From positions 629,588 through 661,587 of the forward strand of contig NZ_AP028907.1 in NCBI RefSeq assembly GCF_036323395.1: 32,000 bases of DNA, read 5' to 3'. Positions 1 to 9,436 of the stretch are shown here, piece after piece. How positions within the stretch are numbered: the stretch's first letter is position 1; the number at the start of each line of letters is the position of its first letter. Origin of the DNA: Pyrodictium abyssi. Lineage in GTDB: Archaea > Thermoproteota > Thermoprotei_A > Sulfolobales > Pyrodictiaceae. The notes under the pieces are model-generated. The model worked only from the letters and a program-made list of their open reading frames with translations. It was not told the DNA's origin and ran no database searches. Made by a program: the position numbers and the translations under genes.

Positions 1-293
1 GCATATGGGTGCTCTACTACGCCCTAGAGGAGGCCTGTAAGAAGGCTAGCCCCGACAACCTGGAGGAGTTCCGGGCAGCACTACGCGACGCGCTAGCCAG
101 CCTAGAGATACCAGCAGACAAGCTAATAGTGCCATGGAAGGGCGTCAAGTTCGACGAGAACGGCCAGAACATACTAGGCCAGGGCATCATAGTGCAGATG
201 ATGGAGGACGGCAAGTACCACACGATATACCCGCCAGAGTACGCCACCGCTGAGCCCAAGGTGCCGTTCCCACCGTGGAATGAGAGGAGCTAG
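1..293 (+). CDS. ABC transporter substrate-binding protein, Leu/Ile/Val-binding (LivK-like) family; C-terminal fragment, 5' end outside window
   Basis: Open frame from the window edge (in frame from nt 3) to a stop at 291-293. The tail ...PWKGVKFDENGQN...GIIVQMMEDGKYHTIYP is typical of LivK-type binding proteins. It sits directly upstream of livHMGF on the same strand. Confidence 0.6.
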   Translation, partial: IWVLYYALEEACKKASPDNLEEFRAALRDALASLEIPADKLIVPWKGVKFDENGQNILGQGIIVQMMEDGKYHTIYPPEYATAEPKVPFPPWNERS

Positions 294-300
294 CACCCTG

Positions 301-345
301 GGCGCAGACAGCGCCTAGGCTGTTTAACCCCCCGGGTTTTTCCCG
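301..345 (+). terminator. Candidate terminator after the binding-protein gene (short hairpin plus T5)
   Basis: Inverted repeat ggcgc-agaca-gcgcc at 301-315 and a T5 run at 337-341, a few nt after the stop at 293. Archaeal termination commonly uses oligo-T tracts. Confidence 0.3.
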
Positions 346-541
346 TCTGCGTTGCAGCCCGGGGCTCCCCCGGGAAGCCTCGCCTACGGCCTCCATGCAT
401 GGGTAGAGGTGCTTGCTCTCTAGACGCCACGCCCTCGCGGGCTGCGTCTCGCCGCCTCTACCCCTCCCTCTGCACTGACGCACCTAGGAACATCGTCCCT
501 AGAAGGTCTGGGCTCGGGTCAGGAGACGGTCTCGGAGAGGT

Positions 542-1429
542 GTGGGAGACGTGGCTGGCGTGGGTCTAGGCGACATAGTAGCCTCCGTGGTTGATGGTGT
601 GCTTATAGGCGGTCTCTACGGGCTCGTAGGCGTAGGGCTAGCGCTAATCTGGGGCGTCATGGAGGTAATCAACTTCGCTCACGGAGACTACATGATGCTG
701 GGGGCACTAGCCACATACTTTCTCGCCACGAGGCTCGGCCTAGACCCTCTACTAGCCGCGCCAGTAGCCTTCGGCCTAGTGTTTCTCCTCGGCGTCGCAA
801 CCCAGCGGACTGTGATCAACCGTATCCTCGACGCGCCCCTACTGACGCAGATAGCTGCGACCTTCGCCGTGCTCCTCATAATAAGGTACGGCGTCCAGGC
901 AGCATTCGGCCCCTACACGCGGAGGCTGAGCAGCTGGTACGCCAACGAGATATACTACCTAGGCCCCGTCGTCATACCCCTGCCTAAGCTGATAGCCTTC
1001 ATGGCCTCGGTCGCCGTGGCGGCTGTGCTCTACTTCTTCCTCTTCCACACGCGCACCGGGATAGCCCTCCGGGCGACCGCCCAGGACCGCGAAGTAGCCC
1101 AGCTCATGGGCATCAACGTGCACCGGATGTACGAGCTAGCCTTCGGAATAGGCGTCGGAGTAGCCGGGCTCGCCGGCGCAATCGCGTCCCTCTTCTACCC
1201 GGTTTTCCCCGAGATGGGCGCCTTCTTCGCCCTGATAGCCTTCATAGCGGTGGTGCTGGGTGGCTTCGGCAGCGTCTTCGGCGCCTTCCTGGGCGGTATA
1301 ATAGTTGGCGTGACCGAGGCCGTTAGCGCGTTGTTTATAGACCCTGCGCTGAAGGACGTGGTGGCCTTCCTCCTCTTCATAGTGATAGTGCTTGTCAAGC
1401 CTACGGGCATTTTCGGCAAGAAGGTGTAG
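542..1429 (+). CDS. livH: Branched-chain amino acid-type ABC transporter permease (LivH family)
   Basis: 295-aa polytopic membrane protein with a GTG start. N-terminus ...VDGVLIGGLYGLVGVGLALIWGV and overall hydrophobic pattern are typical of LivH. Operon position matches. Confidence 0.85.
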   Translation: MGDVAGVGLGDIVASVVDGVLIGGLYGLVGVGLALIWGVMEVINFAHGDYMMLGALATYFLATRLGLDPLLAAPVAFGLVFLLGVATQRTVINRILDAPLLTQIAATFAVLLIIRYGVQAAFGPYTRRLSSWYANEIYYLGPVVIPLPKLIAFMASVAVAAVLYFFLFHTRTGIALRATAQDREVAQLMGINVHRMYELAFGIGVGVAGLAGAIASLFYPVFPEMGAFFALIAFIAVVLGGFGSVFGAFLGGIIVGVTEAVSALFIDPALKDVVAFLLFIVIVLVKPTGIFGKKV

Positions 1430-1456
1430 AGCCAGGGAAGGAGGGGAGGTGGAGCC

Positions 1457-2488
1457 GTGATGGAGGCTAGGGCTGTCCTCCACGCGCTTCGCGGGCTACG
1501 CGGCTACACCCGGAGCCCCTACGTGTGGGCGGCCTCGCTGCTACTGGTAGCCTCGCCGATAGTGTTCATGAAGCTAGGGCTACCGTTCTACGCCAACATG
1601 GTGTTCCTCGCACTGATGTACGGTATCGCGGCGATGGCGTGGAACCTCATGCAGGGGTACACGGGGCTCTTCAGCTTGGGCCACGCGGTGTTCTTCGGCG
1701 TAGGCGCCTACACGACCATGATACTCGCGAAGTACTACGGCGTCACGCCGTGGCTGGGCATCTGGGCTGCCGGGGTACTCGCTGCTGCTGTCGGGTTCCT
1801 GCTAGGGTTTCCACTGTTCCGTCTACGGAGCCACTGGTTCACGCTAGCCACCATAGCCGTGGCGGAGATATTCAAGCTGCTGTTCGCTCACTGGGGCTAC
1901 GTAGGCGGCTCTGCCGGGCTCCAGATGCCCATAGTCGGGCCGGATGAGCAGCTCTACTACCTCCAGTACCCGGGGCCCTACATCTACGTCTACGTGGCCC
2001 TCCTAGTGCTACTAGTGGAGCTAGTAGTGCTCTACGCCGTAGTGAACAGCAAGATCGGCCTCTACCTCCAGACGATCCGCGAGGACGAGCTGGTAGCCCA
2101 GACGCTCGGTGTGGACACGTTCCGGTACAAGATGATAGCCATGGTTGTTAGCGGGTTCTTTACAGGGCTCGCTGGGGCACTCTACGCTGTGAGGTTCCGC
2201 TTCGTGGACCCCTTCGCCGTGTTCGACCTCATAACGATATCTACCTACATAGCTGTCGCGGGCATAGTGGGCGGGATATACACGTTCATAGGCCCGCTCG
2301 TGGGCGCGTTCATCTTCGTCCCCGCAGCAGAGTACGTGAGAGCCACTATAGTGCAGGCATTCCCACGGGTCTTCGGCCTCCACGTAGTGATAGTGGGCGT
2401 CATACTGCTGGTAATCTCCCTCTTCGTGCCCGAGGGCGTGGTGGGCTACCTACAGCGTAGAGCCGGGACGGTGAGGAGCCGTGGCTGA
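1457..2488 (+). CDS. livM: Branched-chain amino acid-type ABC transporter permease (LivM family)
   Basis: 343-aa polytopic membrane protein containing ...NLMQGYTGLFSLGHAVFFGVGAYT..., a LivM hallmark. GGAGGGGAGGTGGAG Shine-Dalgarno-like tract lies just upstream. Start is GTG 1457 or ATG 1460. Confidence 0.85.
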   Translation: MMEARAVLHALRGLRGYTRSPYVWAASLLLVASPIVFMKLGLPFYANMVFLALMYGIAAMAWNLMQGYTGLFSLGHAVFFGVGAYTTMILAKYYGVTPWLGIWAAGVLAAAVGFLLGFPLFRLRSHWFTLATIAVAEIFKLLFAHWGYVGGSAGLQMPIVGPDEQLYYLQYPGPYIYVYVALLVLLVELVVLYAVVNSKIGLYLQTIREDELVAQTLGVDTFRYKMIAMVVSGFFTGLAGALYAVRFRFVDPFAVFDLITISTYIAVAGIVGGIYTFIGPLVGAFIFVPAAEYVRATIVQAFPRVFGLHVVIVGVILLVISLFVPEGVVGYLQRRAGTVRSRG

Positions 2489-3203
2489 GAGGCTTCTCGT
2501 CGTGGAGGGCGTGTCTAAGAGGTTTGGCGGCCTCACAGCGCTAGAAGGCGTCAGCTTCACTATGCGGGAGGGCGAGAGGCTGGGACTCATAGGGCCTAAC
2601 GGCGCCGGGAAGACCACGCTGTTCAACTGCATCACCGGCGTCTACAGGCCGGACCGGGGGAGGATAGTCTTCAGGGGCACCGACATCACCGGCTGGCCCC
2701 CACACAGGATAACAAGGATCGGGATAGCCAGAACATTCCAGATAGTGAGGCCGCTAGCCAAGATGACCGTGCTCGACAACGTGGCTGTGGGGGCACTGCT
2801 CCACACCAGCGACGTCGACGAGGCCAGGAGAAAGGCGCTAGAGGTACTAGAGCTGGTAGGCCTCTACGAGAAGCGTCACGTCCCCGCGCAGTCGCTCACG
2901 CTGATCGAGAAGAAGAGGCTCGAGGTGGCCCGCGCGCTCGCTACCGAGCCTAGGCTGCTACTCCTCGACGAGATCGCAGCGGGGCTCAGGCCGGCCGAGG
3001 TGGACCGGCTCCTGGACATGCTGTTCGAGGTTAACAGGAGAGGCGTCTCCATGATAATGGTGGAGCACGTCATGAGGGCTGTGATGAACTTCGCTGAGAG
3101 GATCATAGTGCTCCAGTACGGGAGGAAGATAGCCGAGGGCAAGCCCGAGGAGGTCGCCAGGGACCCACGCGTAATAGACGCGTACCTGGGCACGGAGGAG
3201 TAA
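2481..3203 (+). CDS. livG: ABC transporter ATP-binding protein (LivG family)
   Basis: Walker A GPNGAGKTT, Walker B LLLLDEIAAGL, C-terminal ...DPRVIDAYLG. The GTG start overlaps the livM stop by 8 nt (GTGGCTGA), consistent with translational coupling. Confidence 0.9.
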   Translation: MAERLLVVEGVSKRFGGLTALEGVSFTMREGERLGLIGPNGAGKTTLFNCITGVYRPDRGRIVFRGTDITGWPPHRITRIGIARTFQIVRPLAKMTVLDNVAVGALLHTSDVDEARRKALEVLELVGLYEKRHVPAQSLTLIEKKRLEVARALATEPRLLLLDEIAAGLRPAEVDRLLDMLFEVNRRGVSMIMVEHVMRAVMNFAERIIVLQYGRKIAEGKPEEVARDPRVIDAYLGTEE

Positions 3204-3209
3204 GGGGCC

Positions 3210-3929
3210 ATGGCCGGGCGGCTCCTGTCGGTCGAGAACATAGACGTCTACTACGGCGAGTTCCAGGCATTGTTCGGCGTCAGCCTAGAGGTTTACGAGG
3301 GCGAGGTCGTAGCCCTAGTCGGCGCCAACGGCGCCGGGAAGACCACGACTCTGAAGACCATATCGGGGCTGCTTAGGCCGCGGCGCGGCAGAATAGTGTG
3401 GGAGGGCCAGGACATCACCAGTGTGCCCGCGTACCAGAGGGCCGAGCTCGGCATAGTCCATGTGCCCGAGGGCCGGGGGATCTTCCCCTACCTCACCGTG
3501 TACGAGAACCTGGTCGTGGCGGCGTACACCAGGAGGGCGCGGGAGAGGTTTGAGGAGAGCCTGGAGATGGTCTACGAGCTGTTCCCCAGGCTCCGGGAGA
3601 GGAAGCGGCAGCTAGCAGGAACCATGAGCGGCGGAGAGCAGCAAATGCTAGCCATAGCACGGGCGCTGATTCAGAGGCCCAGGCTCCTCATGCTCGACGA
3701 GCCCAGCCTCGGCCTCGCCCCTAAGCTGGCCCGGGAGGTAGTCTACCTGGCCCGGAGGCTCCGCGACGAGTACGGGATAACCGTGCTCCTCGTGGAGCAG
3801 AACGTGAGGCTCTCCCTCAAGGTCGCCGACCGGGCCTACGTCCTCGAGACCGGGCGGGTCGTCCGAGAGGGCCCGGCAGGGGAGCTCGAGAAGGACCCCG
3901 AGATACGCCGTGCGTACCTCGGGATCTAG
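3210..3929 (+). CDS. livF: ABC transporter ATP-binding protein (LivF family)
   Basis: Walker A GANGAGKTT, signature MSGGEQQMLAIARAL, Walker B LLMLDEPSLGL, C-terminal ...IRRAYLGI. Confidence 0.9.
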   Translation: MAGRLLSVENIDVYYGEFQALFGVSLEVYEGEVVALVGANGAGKTTTLKTISGLLRPRRGRIVWEGQDITSVPAYQRAELGIVHVPEGRGIFPYLTVYENLVVAAYTRRARERFEESLEMVYELFPRLRERKRQLAGTMSGGEQQMLAIARALIQRPRLLMLDEPSLGLAPKLAREVVYLARRLRDEYGITVLLVEQNVRLSLKVADRAYVLETGRVVREGPAGELEKDPEIRRAYLGI

Positions 3930-3951
3930 TCTGCATGGAGCCAGGGCAAGG

Positions 3952-6012
3952 GTGATCTCCGGGTTGAGGAGGATAGGGATAGACATAGGCGGTACCTTCA
4001 CGGACCTCGTGGCCTTCGACGACGAGACCGGCGAGCTGAGGAGCCTCAAGGTCCTGACGACGCCCCGGGAGCCCTGGCGGGGCTTCATGGAGGCTCTGCG
4101 GCAGCTAGGCTGGGACCTGGAGGGCGTCGAGGTAGTTATCCACGCGTCGACGCTTGGCACCAACCTGTTCCTAGGCCAGGTGGGGCTCGAGCCGCCGCCA
4201 GCAGTGCTAGTGGCCAACAAGGGGTTCCGCGACCTGCTGGAGATAGGGAGGCAGAACCGCCCGGAGCTATACAACCTGTTCTTCCAGCGCCCCCGGCCGC
4301 TCATCCCCCGGTCGCGGCGGCTCACCGTGGCCGGGAGGATCGGGCCCAGGGGAGAGGAGCTCGAGCCCCTCGACGAGGGGGCTGTCCGGCGGATAGCCCG
4401 GGAGTGGTGCAGCCGGGCCAAGGTATTCGTGGTAGTGTTCCTCCATAGCTACGCTAACCCGAGCCACGAGAAGCGCGCCAAGGAGATCATCGAGGAGGAG
4501 TGCCCCGGGGCCCTAGTGGTGGCGAGCCACGAGGTGGACCCGCAGCCGAAGGAGTACGAGCGCACCAGCACAGCAGTGGTCAACGCCCTGCTGAAGCCCG
4601 TGCTCTCCACCTACCTCTCCAGGGTCGCCGGGGAGCTCCGCTCAGCAGGATTCCGGGGCAAGCTCCTAGTCATGCAGAGTAGCGGCGGCGTAGCCGGAGT
4701 AGAGCAGGCCGTAGAGAGGCCAGCAGCCTTCATCGAGAGCGGCCCGGCGGCCGGCGCCGTGGCCGTAGCGTACTTCTCCAAGCTGATGGGTGTAGAGTAC
4801 GCCCTCGGCTTCGACATGGGCGGCACCACTGCTAAGGCCTCCGCTGTGGTGAACGGCGAGCCCCTAGTGGTCCCAGAGTACGAGGTGGGCGGCCGGGTCC
4901 ACATGGGGAGGCTGCTACGGGGCTCCGGGTACCCTGTCCGCTACCCCTACATAGACATAGCCGAGGTCAGCGCCGGTGGCGGCACGATAGCCTGGGTGGA
5001 CGCTGGGGGCGCGCTGCGGGTCGGCCCGGTGAGCGCTGGCGCCGACCCGGGCCCAGCCTGCTACGGCCGCGGAGGCCGCGAGCCCACGGTGACGGATGCG
5101 CAGCTCGTGCTGGGCAGGCTGCCCGAGGCCCTGGCCGGCGGGAGGATAAGGCTCCGCCGGGACCTCGCCCTGGAGGCCCTGGCGGGGCTAGCCGAGAAGC
5201 TGGGCATGGGGGTCGAGGAGGCCGCTGCCTCGATAATAAGGATAGCTAACACAGTCATGTCCAGGGCGCTGCGGCTCGTGACCATAGAGAGGGGGTACGA
5301 CCCCCGGCTCTTCGCGCTCTACGCCTACGGCGGCGCGGGGCCCCTCCACGCGGTGGAGCTCGCGGACGAGCTGGGAGCCAGGGAGGTCGTTGTCCCACCG
5401 CTGCCCGGCGTGTTCTCGGCGTTAGGCCTGCTCGTCACGGACTACCGCCACGACTTCCACGCCGCTGTTGTGCGGAGGGCCGACGAGCTAAGCGACGAGG
5501 AGCTCGAGAAGGTCTTCGCAGGGATGGCCGAGAAGGCCCTGGCGATGCTCCGCGACGAGGGCGTAGCCCCGGACCAGGCCCGGCTGGTACGCCGCCTAGA
5601 CATGAGGTATCAAGGGCAGGCGTACGAGCTGAGCGTGCCCTACCGCGGGAGCCTAGAGGAGGCCGTGAAGGAGTTCCACCGCCTACACGAGGCGAGGTAC
5701 GGGTTCAGCCTCCCCGACACCCCCGTGCAGGTGGTCAACGCGAGGCTCACAGCCTACGGAGTCGTGGCTAAGCCGAGGCTCCCCCAAGGGGAGCCGAGCC
5801 CCTACCGCCCGGAGCCCAGCGGCAGGAGGCGCGTCTACTTCGACGAGGCCGGGTGGACCATGACGCCGGTGTATAGGCGGGCCGAGCTACGCCCCGGCGC
5901 CGAGATCGAGGGCCCCGCAGTCATAGAGTCCGACGACAGCACCGTGCTCGTCCCCCCTGGCCATGTGGCCCGGGTAGACGGGCTCCACGCGGTCCACATA
6001 GAGAGGCTCTAG
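3952..6012 (+). CDS. hyuA: Hydantoinase/oxoprolinase family, A (beta) subunit (HyuA-like; N-methylhydantoinase A / 5-oxoprolinase / acetone carboxylase beta family)
   Basis: N-terminal IGIDIGGTFTDLV (ASKHA-type hydantoinase_A N-terminus) and a second ...GFDMGGTTAKAS motif. The ORF is open from GTG 3910, overlapping livF. GTG 3952 places the start about 8 codons before IGIDIGGT and is preferred, but the choice is uncertain. Confidence 0.85.
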   Translation: MISGLRRIGIDIGGTFTDLVAFDDETGELRSLKVLTTPREPWRGFMEALRQLGWDLEGVEVVIHASTLGTNLFLGQVGLEPPPAVLVANKGFRDLLEIGRQNRPELYNLFFQRPRPLIPRSRRLTVAGRIGPRGEELEPLDEGAVRRIAREWCSRAKVFVVVFLHSYANPSHEKRAKEIIEEECPGALVVASHEVDPQPKEYERTSTAVVNALLKPVLSTYLSRVAGELRSAGFRGKLLVMQSSGGVAGVEQAVERPAAFIESGPAAGAVAVAYFSKLMGVEYALGFDMGGTTAKASAVVNGEPLVVPEYEVGGRVHMGRLLRGSGYPVRYPYIDIAEVSAGGGTIAWVDAGGALRVGPVSAGADPGPACYGRGGREPTVTDAQLVLGRLPEALAGGRIRLRRDLALEALAGLAEKLGMGVEEAAASIIRIANTVMSRALRLVTIERGYDPRLFALYAYGGAGPLHAVELADELGAREVVVPPLPGVFSALGLLVTDYRHDFHAAVVRRADELSDEELEKVFAGMAEKALAMLRDEGVAPDQARLVRRLDMRYQGQAYELSVPYRGSLEEAVKEFHRLHEARYGFSLPDTPVQVVNARLTAYGVVAKPRLPQGEPSPYRPEPSGRRRVYFDEAGWTMTPVYRRAELRPGAEIEGPAVIESDDSTVLVPPGHVARVDGLHAVHIERL

Positions 6013-6028
6013 GAGGGCTGGGCACGCC

Positions 6029-7687
6029 ATGGTGGACAGGGTAACCATCGAGGTGATAAGGCACGCCGCTATCTTCACAGCCGAGGAGATGGGAGTAGTC
6101 CTGCGGAACACCGCGTTCAGCCCCAACATAAGGGACCGGCTCGACTACTCCTGCGCCATACTGGCCCCGAGCGGCGAGCTGGTGGCACAGGCCGAGCACA
6201 TACCGGTGCACCTAGGCAGCATGCCCATAGGAGTAAAGAACATGGTCAAGGCCCTGGAGGAGAACGGGGTCAGCCTAGGCCCCGGAGACGTCGCGGTCTC
6301 CAACGACCCCTACATAACCGGGACACACCTCAACGACGTCATGGTACTCAAGCCCGTCTACGTCGACGGAGAGCTAGTAGCCTACGTGGCCAACAAGGCC
6401 CACCACGTGGACGTCGGCGGCCTCGTGCCGGGCGGCATCGGAGCCGGTGTTAGGAGCCTACGCGAGGAAGGCCTAGTAATACCCCCGGTGAAGCTCGTCG
6501 AGGCAGGCAGGCTTAGAACCGACATAGTCAGGCTCCTAGAGGCCAACGTGAGGACGCCCCGGAGCCTCCGAGGCGACCTAATGGCCCAGCTGGCCGCCCT
6601 CAACACCGGGGAGAAGAGGATACGCGAGCTAGCCGAGCGCTACGGCGTAGACGCGCTGCTCGAGGCCTGGGAGGAGATACTCGGCTACACTGAGAAGTAC
6701 ACCCGTACACTCCTCCAGGGGCTCGTCGGGGACGGGGGCGGCGCATACGAGGCAGAGGACTACGTGGAGCTAGAGAGCGGCGAGCTGGCCAAGATACGGG
6801 TCCGGCTAGAGATAAGCCCCGAGCGCATAGTAGCCGACTTCACCGGGACGGACAGGCAGGTAGACGAGCCGCTCAACGCCGTCTACGGCGTCACCGTGGC
6901 CGCCACGACCTACGCGATAAAGGCAGTGATAGACCCCGACATGCCGATGAACAGCGGGTTCTACAGGGTCGTCGAGATACAGGCGCCCCGAGGGACGCTG
7001 GTCAACCCCGTACCCCCCGCGCCCGTCGGCGGCGGCAACGTGGAGACGTCGCAGAGAATAGCAGACGTCGTGCTACGCGCCCTAGCCGAGGCGTTCCCCG
7101 GCCGCGTGCCCGCCGCGAGCTGCGGCACCATGAGCAACCTGCTCCTAGGCGGCAAGGGATGGGCCTTCTACGAGACCATAGGCTGCGGCTCCGGCGCCCG
7201 GCCCTGCTGCGACGGCGTAGACGGGGTACACACCAACATGACCAACACGCTGAACACCCCGATAGAGGTGGCCGAGGCCGAGTACCCACTGCTCTTCCGC
7301 GCCTACGAGCTACGGCCAGACAGCGGCGGCCCCGGGCGCTGGCGGGGAGGCCTAGGCGTAGTCCGGGCGGTCACAGTGCTAGAGGACGGCGTCACCGTCA
7401 CAGTCTACGCTGAGCGCAGCCGGCTACGCCCCTGGGGGCTCGAGGGCGGAGAGCCGGGAGCCCCCTTCCGCAGCTACGTGGTGAAAGCCAGCGGCGAGCG
7501 GGTAGAGCTACCAGCCAAGGCCACGGTGAGGCTGAGCCGCGGCGACACAGTCTACATCGAGACACCGGGCGGAGGAGGCTACGGCAGTCCCTGCGAGAGG
7601 CCCCGGGACCAGCTAGAGCACGACGTAGAGGACGGCAAGGTCTCCCCCGAGGCTGCCAGGCGCTACTGCCAGCCGGGCAGCCGCTAG
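6029..7687 (+). CDS. hyuB: Hydantoinase/oxoprolinase family, B (alpha) subunit (HyuB-like)
   Basis: 552 aa. Motifs ...SNDPYITGTHLNDV... and C-terminal ...GGGGYGSP... are typical of Hydantoinase_B. Immediately follows hyuA. Confidence 0.85.
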   Translation: MVDRVTIEVIRHAAIFTAEEMGVVLRNTAFSPNIRDRLDYSCAILAPSGELVAQAEHIPVHLGSMPIGVKNMVKALEENGVSLGPGDVAVSNDPYITGTHLNDVMVLKPVYVDGELVAYVANKAHHVDVGGLVPGGIGAGVRSLREEGLVIPPVKLVEAGRLRTDIVRLLEANVRTPRSLRGDLMAQLAALNTGEKRIRELAERYGVDALLEAWEEILGYTEKYTRTLLQGLVGDGGGAYEAEDYVELESGELAKIRVRLEISPERIVADFTGTDRQVDEPLNAVYGVTVAATTYAIKAVIDPDMPMNSGFYRVVEIQAPRGTLVNPVPPAPVGGGNVETSQRIADVVLRALAEAFPGRVPAASCGTMSNLLLGGKGWAFYETIGCGSGARPCCDGVDGVHTNMTNTLNTPIEVAEAEYPLLFRAYELRPDSGGPGRWRGGLGVVRAVTVLEDGVTVTVYAERSRLRPWGLEGGEPGAPFRSYVVKASGERVELPAKATVRLSRGDTVYIETPGGGGYGSPCERPRDQLEHDVEDGKVSPEAARRYCQPGSR

Positions 7688-7989
7688 GCAGCCCCCTAGC
7701 CGCTTTCGCCCCGGCGCTCCACGGGGCTTACCCGGTCCCTCCCCGTCCTCGTCAACATCTGCTCCTCCTCGACGCGTCTCCGCGCAGAAGCGCACATGCA
7801 GCACCATGTCGCCGGTTGTGGCAGGTTGCGTGGCAGGCCCTGGGGGCTGCTATGGCCAGGGCCGAGCACCGCTACGAGGAACAGTCAGCGGAGTATGCAT
7901 GACTACCCCTCATTGCTTCATCGGATGAGAAGCTTGGCCGGTGGCCCAGAGGGCTCTGCTCGGGGACCAGCGTCCTACCGCTAGCGCGT

Positions 7990-8000
7990 GGTAAAAACCA
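7990..8000 (-). terminator. Oligo-T terminator candidate for the 83-aa gene
   Basis: A5 at 7993-7997 on the + strand gives T5 on the coding (-) strand, 45 nt past the stop at 8042. It is embedded in tggtAAAAAcca. Confidence 0.4.
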
Positions 8001-8041
8001 GTTCTCCCGGGCTGCCTGCTTATGGTGCAATTAGTGGGGTG

Positions 8042-8293
8042 TTAGAGCTGAACCTCTATTGTGCGGGTTATAGTAGCTGCTAGGTGCTCCGGCTTGGTGT
8101 ACCACTTGTCGTAGGTGTACTTCTTGCCCTTGAAGCTTAGCTCTACTATCTCGCCCTTGTCGGAGATGTTCATAAGGGTCTCTCCTTCCTTGATGAGCTT
8201 CATCGTCGAGCCGACGACCATTACCTTTATGCCCTTCTCCTGCAGCTTGGGCTTTATCAGGTCCTTTAGCTTGGATAGGTACTCGCTGGCCAT
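8042..8293 (-). CDS. Small Lys-rich hypothetical protein (83 aa)
   Basis: ATG start preceded by GGAGGGAG (reverse complement of 8296-8307). It has its own TATA-like box and T5 terminator. It is markedly AT-richer than its surroundings. No family recognised. Confidence 0.6.
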   Translation of the reverse strand: MASEYLSKLKDLIKPKLQEKGIKVMVVGSTMKLIKEGETLMNISDKGEIVELSFKGKKYTYDKWYTKPEHLAATITRTIEVQL

Positions 8294-8336
8294 AGGCCTG
8301 CTCCCTCCATGCAGGGGGCTGGGACCCCCGCTACTG

Positions 8337-8347
8337 TATTAAATATT
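8337..8347 (-). promoter_or_regulatory. TATA-like box for the 83-aa gene
   Basis: The + strand tattaaatatt reads AATATTTAATA on the - strand, about 45-55 nt upstream of the ATG at 8293. Confidence 0.4.
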
Positions 8348-8391
8348 GCCTTACAATACCGGGGGCCACCCATGGGGCTGACCCGAGCCAG

Positions 8392-9435
8392 CTAGTCCAG
8401 TGCATCCCAGCCAGTCGTCTCCTCCACCACCCGGCGGAACGCCTTTATCGTCTTGACGGGCTCCGGGTCCAGCCCCGCGTCCAGCGCGTAGCGGACAGAG
8501 GCCAGGCCCGCCAGCCAGGTGCCCCACACCATCCGGGAGAGCATACTGCCGCCACGTAGCCTGGCGACGTGCAGGCTCGCCGGCCGGGCCAGCCCCGCAG
8601 CCTGGTGCAGCAGCGTACTCCAGGGCTCCTCCCCGGGGTCGAGCAGGAGGATCCTCGTGTCGCCGCTCCGGGCCCACGCCTCCAGCATGTTGTGGCCCGC
8701 CTCCGGCACCTGGGCCGCGTCCGCCGTAAGCTTAGCGTTCTCAGCGAGCTCGCTCCTCGTGCGGACCGCCACCGGGTAGTAGGGCTCCGGCGCGAGCACT
8801 ACCAGGCTGCCCCTGCTCCCCTGGAGCCACTCGGCCAGCTCCCTCGCCTCCGCCTCGGCCCTCTCACGCTCGCCGAGGAGCTGGATAGACTCCTCCACGT
8901 GGCCGCCAGGGACCTGGATAAGCCCCGCGGCCTTCAGGCTGCCGAGGAGCGTGTAGAAGAGCTGGGGCCACCCCGCCCGCGGGGCAGGAGCCTCCTCGAC
9001 AACAGCCACGGGCACGCCTACGCGCCGCGCCCACGCGGCGAGACGCCCGCCAGTAGTCACCGCCACGACGTAGCCGCCTAGCCGGTAGGCCCGGGAGGCA
9101 CAGTTCAGCGTCTCCCGCGTATTCCCCGAGAAGCTCACAGCGTAGACCAGGCAGCCCCGCACCCACCTCGGGGGCTCAGCCGACTTGACCACGTAGACCG
9201 GGAGCCCGCCATAAGCCGCCGACAACGCCGCCAGATAGTCGCCCGCAGCACCGCTACCACCCATGCCACACACCACGACACAATCGGCCCGCGAGTAGCC
9301 GCTCGGCAGCTCCAGCGCCAGGCCCGCCGCGTAGGCCCGCCGGGCAGGCCCAGCCCAGCCCAGGTAATACCCGTAGAACTCCCCGCGCGCCACAGCACAT
9401 GCACCCCAGGGCACCGTGCTAGAGACGCGCCACAC
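8392..9435 (-). CDS. pgi: Bifunctional phosphoglucose/phosphomannose isomerase (SIS-domain, crenarchaeal PGI/PMI type)
   Basis: 347 aa with SIS motifs VVCGMGGSGAAGDYL and AVSFSGNTRETL. Size and layout match the archaeal PGI/PMI family. The GTG start lies 1 nt after the stop of the upstream gene. Confidence 0.75.
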   Translation of the reverse strand: MWRVSSTVPWGACAVARGEFYGYYLGWAGPARRAYAAGLALELPSGYSRADCVVVCGMGGSGAAGDYLAALSAAYGGLPVYVVKSAEPPRWVRGCLVYAVSFSGNTRETLNCASRAYRLGGYVVAVTTGGRLAAWARRVGVPVAVVEEAPAPRAGWPQLFYTLLGSLKAAGLIQVPGGHVEESIQLLGERERAEAEARELAEWLQGSRGSLVVLAPEPYYPVAVRTRSELAENAKLTADAAQVPEAGHNMLEAWARSGDTRILLLDPGEEPWSTLLHQAAGLARPASLHVARLRGGSMLSRMVWGTWLAGLASVRYALDAGLDPEPVKTIKAFRRVVEETTGWDALD

Positions 9436-9436
9436 C

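Noticed and set aside
7688-8041. The 354-nt gap after hyuB examined for an ncRNA such as a C/D-box sRNA or other structured RNA
   Set aside because: Only weak features were found: a distant GCAGCCCCC/GGGGGCTGC complement and 5-bp stems around 7905-7935. There is no RUGAUGA/CUGA box pair or convincing fold. The ORFs at 7613-7807 and 7796-7984 have no coding signature. The region is left unannotated.
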